From an uncultured delta proteobacterium (lineage in GTDB: Bacteria > Desulfobacterota > WTBG01 > CAIYCZ01): a stretch of DNA of 64,000 nt. A program made the position numbers and the translations under genes. Each line of letters starts with the position of its first letter. Positions within the stretch are counted from its first letter, which is position 1. The notes under the pieces were generated by a model. That model was not told where the DNA came from. It saw nothing but the letters and a program-made list of their open reading frames with translations, and searched no databases. The DNA is taken from the NCBI GenBank assembly GCA_963803975.1, contig CAWDOY010000031.1, forward strand, positions 1-64,000, read 5' to 3'. This document shows, in pieces, positions 55,877 to 64,000 of the stretch.

Positions 55877-57139
55877 ATGAGTCTTGAAAAATACCGCTGG
55901 GATCTGGTGAACTGTGAGCGCTGCTCCATGTGCAAGTGGGTTCATCCGTGGAGCGTCAAGAGCCATGACCGGGCGCGCATCTGCCCGTCAATGCAGGAAT
56001 ATCTCTATGATGCCTATTCTGCCCAGGGCCGCTTTGACGTGGCGCGGGCGCTTCTGGAAGGAGAGATAGAGCTCACGGACAAGGTGCTGGAAGTGATCTA
56101 CGCCTGTACCCTGTGCGGCGGCTGCGATGTGACCTGCAAGTTCACCCGGGACATGGAGCCGCTTGAAGTGCTGCACGATCTGCGCAAATACGCGGTGGAG
56201 CAGGGCAAGGGGCCGCTGCCCGGCCACATGCCGGCGGTGGACAGCATCCGCAAGAACAGCAACCCCTGGCTCCAGCCCAAAACGCGGCGGGCGCACTGGG
56301 CGCGGAACCTGAAAGTGAAGGACCTGAATAAAGAGAAAGCAGAGGTGCTCTATTTCGCCGGGTGCACTTACTCTTACAATGCCAACCTGCAGAATGTGGC
56401 GCGGGCAACACTGCGCATTCTGCAGAGCGCGGGCGTTGATGTCGGCATCCTGGGCAACAACGAGGCCTGCTGCGCGAGCCCGGTATTAAAGGTGGGCATG
56501 GATGAAATGTTTTTCGAGCACGCGCGCAAAAATGTCAAACTGTTCAACGGCCTGGGAGTAAAAAAGGTCATCACGTCCTGTGCCGGCTGCTACGGAATCT
56601 TTCAGGGGCACTATCCGGGAGTGGAGACCATGAATTATGAAGTGGTGCACAGCGTGAATCTTCTGGACCAGCTTATCCGCGAGGGAAAAGTGAAGTTTAA
56701 AAACAAGGTGCCCATGAAGGTCACCTGGCATGACCCCTGCCATCTGGGACGGGGCGGGGAAAAAGAGGACCTCTGGGAAGGCGAGCGCCTTAAGTGGGGG
56801 CTCAGTGATCCGCCGCGGCAGAGAAACTTCGGCTCGAACGGCGTGTTTGACGCGCCGCGAAATATTCTCCAGGCCATACCGGGTATCGAGTTTACGGAGA
56901 TGGAGCGGATACGGGAATTTTCCTGGTGCTGCGGCGCCGGCGGCGGCGTGAAATCAGCGTTCCCCGAGTTTGCCCTGCACAGCGCCCAGGAGCGCATTGC
57001 CGAGGCAACAGATACCGGAGCTGAAGCAGTGGTCACCTCGTGCCCCTGGTGCGAGTTAAATCTTGCCGATGGAGCCGCAGCGTCTGGCAGCGCGCTTAAA
57101 ATCGTGAGCCTGGTTGAGCTGATAGAGAAAGCGTTATAA
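55877..57139 (+). CDS. CCG-domain Fe-S oxidoreductase (GlcF/HdrD-like)
   Basis: CERCSMC, CTLCGGCDVTC, ACC, HDPCHLGR, CCGAGGG, SCPWC. Confidence 0.9.
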   Translation: MSLEKYRWDLVNCERCSMCKWVHPWSVKSHDRARICPSMQEYLYDAYSAQGRFDVARALLEGEIELTDKVLEVIYACTLCGGCDVTCKFTRDMEPLEVLHDLRKYAVEQGKGPLPGHMPAVDSIRKNSNPWLQPKTRRAHWARNLKVKDLNKEKAEVLYFAGCTYSYNANLQNVARATLRILQSAGVDVGILGNNEACCASPVLKVGMDEMFFEHARKNVKLFNGLGVKKVITSCAGCYGIFQGHYPGVETMNYEVVHSVNLLDQLIREGKVKFKNKVPMKVTWHDPCHLGRGGEKEDLWEGERLKWGLSDPPRQRNFGSNGVFDAPRNILQAIPGIEFTEMERIREFSWCCGAGGGVKSAFPEFALHSAQERIAEATDTGAEAVVTSCPWCELNLADGAAASGSALKIVSLVELIEKAL

Positions 57140-57174
57140 AAAACTGATCTGCTGCAGGAAGGAGGAGAAGTTCC

Positions 57175-57984
57175 ATGAAAAGAGCGCTGCTCATTGTGCT
57201 GGCAGGATTTGCCTATTTCTTCGTGTCAGTGATGCTTTTCATTCCGTTGCGGATGAAGCCTATCCCCAACTACAACCTGTTCTTTTTCTCCCTCATGAGT
57301 GCAGTGTTTCTCTTTCTTTTCTATAAAGCCTGCACGGTCAGCAGGGAAAGTACCGGCTATTTGTACGCACTGTTTGCCGGCAATGCACTATGGCAGGTAA
57401 TTGGAGAGCTTGCCTCGTTGCGGGTCACAGAAGGACTGATACTGCAGTTCAGCGATGTTAATATCAAGCTGGTGGGCGGATACCTGTATGTTCTTGCGGG
57501 CTGGATTCTGCTCTTCATCATGTGGAAGACACAGGTGCTGCGGAGGAGGATCTGTTTTTGTTTTGTGATATTCCTGGGCATATGGTCCCTGGAGCTGTAT
57601 CTGGACAACTACTCTTCTTCCGTGCCGGTTGAATTGATGCCCCGGGTCGCCAACATCATCGGGATAGTCTTTATTGCGGTGGCCCTTGTCTTAGTCTATC
57701 TGGCTAAAAAAGCGGCAAGCGTCGAGAAGCAGACGGTCCTGGGAGGCCTGTTGTATTTATCCGTCTCCATAGTGCTGATGGCATTTACCCAGTGGCAGAA
57801 GCCGCAAACTTTCTATCTGCTGCATGAGAAACCGGTGATAGAGCACGAGATAAAGGCGCTGCAGGAGGAGCTGTCATATCTCAACCAACTGCGGGAGAAG
57901 CTCGGCATACGTGACAATATTTCCCTGTCCGAGCAGCTGAGCGTGAGGGAACTGAAGGAAAAGTCACCTGAGCGAAAGGAGTAG
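57175..57984 (+). CDS. Multi-pass membrane protein
   Basis: About 7 TM segments and a C-terminal coiled coil; RBS GGAGGAG. Confidence 0.75.
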   Translation: MKRALLIVLAGFAYFFVSVMLFIPLRMKPIPNYNLFFFSLMSAVFLFLFYKACTVSRESTGYLYALFAGNALWQVIGELASLRVTEGLILQFSDVNIKLVGGYLYVLAGWILLFIMWKTQVLRRRICFCFVIFLGIWSLELYLDNYSSSVPVELMPRVANIIGIVFIAVALVLVYLAKKAASVEKQTVLGGLLYLSVSIVLMAFTQWQKPQTFYLLHEKPVIEHEIKALQEELSYLNQLREKLGIRDNISLSEQLSVRELKEKSPERKE

Positions 57985-57995
57985 TAGAAAAGCTG

Positions 57996-59267
57996 ATGCG
58001 TTATGATATTGCAGTGGTCGGTGCCGGTCCTGCAGGTCTGATGGCCGCAAAAACAGCAGCTGAACATGGGCTCAGGACAGTTCTTATTGAAAAAAGGAAA
58101 GACGTTTCTAAAATAACCCGTGCCTGCTGCCAGCAGTTTATAATGGATGAGAACTTCCAGGGAGAAACCATACGTATTGCTAAGGGAAAAGTAATTTTTA
58201 CAGAAAATGGGTTTGACGTTGATTACCATGGCCCGCTTCTCAAGGTAACGGATAAATATTTTGTCTCGCCCGGTGGACATGCGATTCACTTTACCAATAA
58301 TGACAACAGCCCGATTGTAGTTAAATTTGATAAGGGCCTTCTGTTGCAGGGAATATGGGACCAGTGCGACAGGCTGGGTGTGACATTACGCACTGCCGCA
58401 CTTGTCTGCAATGCTGAAGATAGAAGCACCGGCGTTGAGATGACCATAAACGCTGGCGGAGTTTCCGAAAAACTGCACGCAAAGAAGCTCATAGTTGCAG
58501 ACGGCGTCAATTCAAAAACAGCAGAAAAACTCGGGTTCAATCAGGGCAGGATCTGTTTTGCAACCGCTCTGTGCACGCTCTCGGTAATTGAAGGACTTCA
58601 GGATTTTGAGCCGTGCACACTGAAAAGCTATATGGGCCGCGCCTATCAATCATTTGCACCCTTGATCATGGGCCCGTCTCTTGACGGAAGCGATCTCAGG
58701 TATCTGGTTATTATAGGCAATAAAGCCAGGAAACCAGAGTTGATTTATCATGATGTCGTCACACAGAGCCCCCTGGCATCGATGTTTGCCAGCGCACGGG
58801 TTGTAAATAAAATGGCATGTATGGCAACAGCATGCAGTTCCATGAAGATTCCGTACCGGGGCAATACTCTTGTGATTGGAGATGCTGCTGCCTACGTAGA
58901 GGTTGAAACGCAGGGAGCGCTCACCTGCGGCTTTCGGGCCGGCACTGCTGTGCATAGGGAACTCTCCGGTAAAGGCGGTTTTGTGGAATACACCAGATGG
59001 TGGCAGGATTCTTTTGAATTTAACAGCGATGATTATCTGCAGGTGGCCCAGGGCTTTGCCCTGGTTCCAACGTATACCGATGATGAACTCGATTATCTTT
59101 TTTCATTGATCGAAAATGAGACCCTGGCAGGGACTTTTAACCAGTACAAATCACCCCGGCTTATGTGGGGAGCGTTTCTCAGCCACAAGAAAAGAATTGC
59201 CCGTGAACGGCCCGAACTCCACAAAAAAATACTTACCCGGAAATTGTCTCTGAGCGATGTTCTGTAA
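57996..59267 (+). CDS. FAD-dependent oxidoreductase, geranylgeranyl reductase-like
   Basis: YDIAVVGAGPAG, ADGVNS, IGDAA. Confidence 0.82.
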   Translation: MRYDIAVVGAGPAGLMAAKTAAEHGLRTVLIEKRKDVSKITRACCQQFIMDENFQGETIRIAKGKVIFTENGFDVDYHGPLLKVTDKYFVSPGGHAIHFTNNDNSPIVVKFDKGLLLQGIWDQCDRLGVTLRTAALVCNAEDRSTGVEMTINAGGVSEKLHAKKLIVADGVNSKTAEKLGFNQGRICFATALCTLSVIEGLQDFEPCTLKSYMGRAYQSFAPLIMGPSLDGSDLRYLVIIGNKARKPELIYHDVVTQSPLASMFASARVVNKMACMATACSSMKIPYRGNTLVIGDAAAYVEVETQGALTCGFRAGTAVHRELSGKGGFVEYTRWWQDSFEFNSDDYLQVAQGFALVPTYTDDELDYLFSLIENETLAGTFNQYKSPRLMWGAFLSHKKRIARERPELHKKILTRKLSLSDVL

Positions 59268-59412
59268 TCTGTCAGCGGAGGAGTATGCTGGGGCCATCTC
59301 AACATAACACGGATCGGCAACCAGGCAGTTGACTTCCCCGAAGGTGTTTAGTGTAACAAAAAATTAACCAGAACCGCAGCACTATATTTTATTCAAAAAA
59401 AGGAGCACCACC

Positions 59413-60199
59413 ATGAACAAACAGAAAATTTTAATCACCTTGATTGCAGTCTGGCCTTGTAGCCCTGGGAGGATACGGGGTGCAGCCTGCAACAGGAAAA
59501 GAGAAAAAGCAGGCTCCGGCCGCAGAGCAGAAAAAAGCGGCATCCATTGATGCCGCGGCAAAGCTGAGTGAAAACCACCCTGACTTTGAAGAGGGAACGA
59601 GCTGCAACGACTGCCATGAAGTGAAGCTTGATGCAAAGACAACCGCCACGCAGGCCTGGCTGTATGGCGACTACCTCTCATGGAAAAAGGGCGAGGGCAT
59701 TATGCCGAAGGATAAGCTCTGGGAGCACATAGTAAAAGTTATCGGCGGCTCGAAAGCAAAGAGGACCTACATCCTCGCCACCGTCCTCAATAACCGGCCC
59801 TATGCGATTACTATTGAATACGCCCTTGATCCGGTAAAAAAGGTCATGTACGCATTTTCTGAGAAGGGGACCTCAAAACTCAATCAGATAAAAGCAAATC
59901 CCTATGTGGCTCTGGGGTGGCATGAGGAATTCAAGAATGATTTCACCAAGCTGCTCTGCGTATCTCTTAACGGCCGGGCCGAGCTTTTCGATGGAGCATC
60001 CAAAGAGTTTGAAGAAGGCCTGAGCGTGTACCCCTATGAATACGGCGCCAACATGAGAAAAATCCCCCTGGACAAATTCAAGGCGATTATGAAACAGGCT
60101 ATGATTATGAGCAGAATTACCCTGGATGAAGTCACCGTTACCGATACTTCTTTAAAGGACGAGGGATTCAGAACCAGACAACGCTGGATGCGAAAGTAG
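59413..60199 (+). CDS. Exported c-type heme (CxxCH) plus PNPOx split-barrel protein (frameshift in signal region)
   Basis: SCNDCHE; ILATVLNNRP...SEKGTSKLNQIKANPYVAL...LNGRAEL. Confidence 0.7.
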
Positions 60200-60217
60200 C
60201 ATAGAAGGGGAAAAGCC

Positions 60218-61421
60218 ATGCTGAACAAGGTCGTTATTGCCAGCGCCTGCCGGACACCGATAGGCGATTTACTGGGAGCCCTGAAAGATGTTCACCCCCG
60301 GAACTGGGCCGTATCGTCGGAGCGGAAGCTCTGAAACGGGCTGGCCTTGCTCCCGGACAGGTAGATGAACTGGTGTGCGGAAATGTAATTCAGGCAGGGG
60401 TTGGCGGAAATATCTCGCGCCAGATTCAGGCAGAGCTGGGCATTCCCTGGCAGGCACCGGCCTGCACCGTGAACCAGCTCTGCGCCTCGTCAATGCGCGC
60501 TTTTGAAATCGCCAGCCACAACATCATGGTCGGCGCGAGCAGTGTTTCACTGGTGGTGGGAACCGAGAGCATGAGCGGCGCGCCGTATCTGCTGCTGAAA
60601 GGAAGAAGCGGCTACCGGATGGGTTCCGGTGTCATCGAAGACGCCATGCTGCTTGACGCACTCGTTTGTTCCATAGAGCATTACCATATGGGAGCGACTG
60701 CGGAAAACGTGGCTGCCGCGTTCGGCATCACCCGGGAAGAGCAGGACCGGCTGGGAGTTTTGAGTCAGGAGCGGGCCATTGCCGCCATAAAGAGCGGTAA
60801 ATTCCGTGATGAGATAGTGCCCGTTGAAATTAAAGAAAAAAAGGGTGTCAGGCTGTTTGATACTGATGAGCATCCGCGCGAAGGTACTACCATGGAGGCG
60901 CTGGCAAAGCTGAAGACAGTTTTTAAAGAAAACGGCACGGTAACAGCAGGTAATGCCTCAGGCGTTAATGACGGTGCTGCTGCCGCGGTGCTCATGTCGG
61001 AAGAGAAAGCAAAAGAGCTCGGCATCAAACCGCTTGCCCGTGTGGTAACAACGGTGAGCGCAGGGGTTGACCCCGCCGTGATGGGGCTCGGGCCCTCTGT
61101 TGCGATCCCCCTGGCACTAAAGAGAGCGCAGCTTACATTTTCTGATATTAATTACTGGGAAGTTAACGAAGCGTTTGCCGCTCAGTTCTAGGGGTTGAGC
61201 GTAAATTAAAGCTTGACTATAGCGTTGAATTTAATATGGATATAATGAACCGTAACGGTTCCGGCATATCGCTGGGACATCCGGTCGGCTGTTCAGGCTT
61301 GCGGGTGATAGTAACCCTGCTGCACGAGATGCAGAAGATGAATGCCCGGCTCGGGTGCGCGTCTCTGTGTGCCGGTGGCGGGCCGGCGATGGCAGCGATT
61401 ATTGAGCGGGATGGGGGGTAA
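60218..61421 (+). CDS. Thiolase (acetyl-CoA C-acyltransferase), two frameshifts
   Basis: [41 protein letters not shown]. Confidence 0.9.
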
Positions 61422-61457
61422 ACAAGGAAACTGCAGAGAATCCGGGAAGGGAAAGCG

Positions 61458-62905
61458 ATGAAGGTTTTGAAATGGATAGTTATACTGCTGATCATTGTTG
61501 TCGGCGCGGGCTACGGGATATATCAATATAAAAATCAGCGGCTCAAGCCCGACTATTTTGAAGTCTATAAAAAACAGGACACCACCCCGGTCGGCAAAGT
61601 GGGCGTGTTTATTACGACGCTTATCATGCCCGAGGAACTGAGCTACCCCTTCTTTTACAACGTCACATTTAAAATCTTCAACACCATCGTGCCCTGGCCC
61701 TTCAGGAATTTTGTGCAGAAGGATTCAGGCGTCGCGCTGCTCGATCCGGTAAAGTATCACGAACATAATGAATTTCAGCCGACGAAACTTGTCGATCCCT
61801 TCGGCAATGACCGGGATCTTGACGGCACGCCCTACGTGGAAAAGATATAAGCAGGGCAGATGAAATGGATGCCGCCATCGAAGATGATTTATCTTGATCA
61901 CGGGTACTTTCTCTATGCGGGGCGGCAGGGTGGTATGCCATCCATTGCCGGCAAGGTTATGAACAAGGCGCACATCTGGTACTATGGCAAGGGGCTGGGA
62001 AGCACGAAACTGCCCCACTGGCAGCAGACGTTCGCCGTTATAGACGGCGCCATGGACCGAATAAAGCAGAAATATCCCGACGTGCAGTGGCGGGCGGAAA
62101 CCAGCATGCTGTATGCTGACATGAGACACAAGCTGCATGAGTTGCTTGACGCGGGCTGCGATACCATTGTGCTGTCATCACCGCTTGCCATGTATTCACA
62201 TTTTGAGGACTTCAACTCCGGGTTCCGGCATTCAATTGAGTACATCGAAGAGTGGGAGCACGAGCACCCGGGTAAAAAGATCAAGGTAATCATGGCGCCG
62301 CCCATGGGGAACTATAAGCCCATGCGGGATTCCTATCTGCAGATGCTGAAAGACCGGCTGGACAGCCTGCCGAAAAACGCCTCGGTGATGGTGGCGGTGA
62401 CCGTGACATGGCATGCCGTGGGAAAAGTTCAAATGGGAGGCATGGCTTGAGCTTGCCCCGGCATACCGGGACAAACTTTTTGAAGAGGTCAAGCAGATGG
62501 TTGCATCGCTACAAGTTTCCGAAGACCAATGTGGTGCAGTGCCAGGATGAGTTTGCAGACCCCATCTGGGACCCACAGCAGAAATACCTCTCCACCAACC
62601 GCGCCTACTGGGCCGCCATAAAAGAAGGCTATGACTACGCCATTGGCCTTCCCATAGAATTTTATGCCGAAAATTCCGACACCATGTTTCACCACGCGCT
62701 GAAAAACTACAAGGATTTTGACCAGTATGATGTGTATAAGCAGATAAATTACACGGACTGGTCGCAACCCTATGTCAGAGAAATGGTGCAGGGCAAAACT
62801 CATGTCATATATAACGGGGTGCCGGTCGGCAAGTACCAGCCCTACGTTATTGATGCTCTTTACCAGTCTCTGGATAGCATTCTATCCAAGCGTGCAGGGA
62901 AATAA
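61458..62905 (+). CDS. Membrane-anchored ferrochelatase-like protein (several frameshifts)
   Basis: N-terminal TM; LLDAGCDTIVL.PL.MYS; HGMP after frame repair; LPIEFYAENSDT. Confidence 0.6.
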
Positions 62906-63091
62906 AACCACCCTGATCTGATAACGGTTTTACCTTTTTTATCCCCATTCTTACCAGGCGGATGATTTCTTTTTTATCTGAAGATAAAAACATAGTACAT
63001 TGAAATTGAATCCATATTCAATTTACCTCCTTATTGGTTAAAACTATATAATATTACTTTATATAATTTAAATAACCCACCTTTACGTCTT

Positions 63092-63712
63092 ATGGGCGAT
63101 TCAAAAAAAACGAAGATACTGAATGCAGCAATTAAAGTTTTTGCAGAAAAGGGCTACCAGTATGCGACCATAGCCGAGATCGCCAGAGAAGCAGGTATTT
63201 CAACAGGGCTTGTCTACTCATATTTTGAGAACAAGCTGGATTTGCTGCTGTCGCTCAATCTCCGTTTTTTCCAGATGGTTAATGTCATAAACCAGAAAAA
63301 ACTTGCGCAGATATCAGACCCGGTGGAAAAGCTGTTCGCGCTGTTCCGGACGTATCATGAAATACTGCTCCACGATAAGAAATCACTCTACTGGGGCACT
63401 ATTATCAGGGAGGGCTTCCCGCAGCCGCACATGGTTAAAAGTAAAAAATTGAAGCAGAAGCAGAGTAAAATCTATGAGGAGAACAAACATCTCCTTAAAA
63501 CCATCGATGACATAGTAGCGGAGGGACAGCGGAGGGGGAAAATCGATACTACGTTAAAGCCCCAGCTGCTGCGGCAGATCTTCGGCGGCACCAGCCAGAT
63601 TCTGTTCAACGGGCTGTTTCTGCAGGACTACCGTCAGGAAGAAATCGGGTATGATAGAGAGGATATCCCCAAAGCCATGACAGCGCTGCTGGGGAAATTT
63701 GTAACCAGATAA
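63092..63712 (+). CDS. TetR-family regulator
   Basis: ILNAAIKVFAEKGY..ATIAEIAREAGISTGLVYSYFENK. Confidence 0.9.
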   Translation: MGDSKKTKILNAAIKVFAEKGYQYATIAEIAREAGISTGLVYSYFENKLDLLLSLNLRFFQMVNVINQKKLAQISDPVEKLFALFRTYHEILLHDKKSLYWGTIIREGFPQPHMVKSKKLKQKQSKIYEENKHLLKTIDDIVAEGQRRGKIDTTLKPQLLRQIFGGTSQILFNGLFLQDYRQEEIGYDREDIPKAMTALLGKFVTR

Positions 63713-63787
63713 TCCTCATGCACCAGCACTGGCCGCACCCGTCAGCTGGCAGCCGGCCGGATACTCTTTTACTGACAGGAGTACGGT

Positions 63788-64000
63788 ATGAATGCACAGA
63801 ACCAGGGAAAAATTAAAAAAACAGTTTTCAGCGTTGATGAAGCCCTGTGCACCGGGTGCGGAAAATGCGTCAAAGCGTGCCCCATGCTGATTTTGAAAAT
63901 TAAAGAAAAGAAGTGCATCATGGTGAAGGAATTCATGTGCCTTGAATGCGGCACCTGCATGCGCAAATGCCCGGAAAAGGCCATTATGATTGAAGGTCTT
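63788..64000 (+). CDS. 2x[4Fe-4S] ferredoxin-domain protein, runs off the window
   Basis: RBS AGGAG; CTGCGKCVKACP and CLECGTCMRKCP. Confidence 0.85.
   Translation, partial: MNAQNQGKIKKTVFSVDEALCTGCGKCVKACPMLILKIKEKKCIMVKEFMCLECGTCMRKCPEKAIMIEGL

Noticed and set aside
61189..61191. TAG in thiolase as pyrrolysine
   Set aside because: The downstream sequence continues in a different frame, so a missing base explains it.

Overview
Bacterial chromosomal window. Gene content (DUF362, DUF169-ferredoxin, CCG Fe-S proteins, Sec-type SelD) suggests an anaerobic Deltaproteobacteria/Desulfobacterota-like organism; this is an inference. Many genes, including housekeeping plsY, sfsA, katG and a thiolase, are split by single-base indels, which are best read as assembly errors. 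Layout: accessory lipoprotein/membrane genes (1-11.7 kb); a perR/fur-katG locus in which katG lies between the two ends of a destroyed monofunctional catalase; an AT-rich island of secreted proteins (15.8-23.1 kb); a Y1/RAYT transposase plus a truncated copy; housekeeping and glycosyltransferase genes; an orphan integron-like GIY-YIG cassette; and a TetR-bounded anaerobic redox cluster (50-64 kb). Two highlights. (1) A MerB (organomercurial lyase)-like gene, broken up by the ORF track, has in-frame UGA codons at both catalytic Cys positions. The second UGA is followed by a hairpin like that of the nearby Sec-SelD, so this is a candidate double-selenocysteine MerB-like enzyme. (2) The 50-64 kb cluster combines divergent HemF-like, ferrochelatase-like, geranylgeranyl-reductase-like and heme-c/split-barrel proteins, a candidate tetrapyrrole-processing system. 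Several small repeat families and a group II intron 3' remnant are also present. Family assignments come from recognising motifs by eye; no searches were run. No rRNA, tRNA or CRISPR array was seen.
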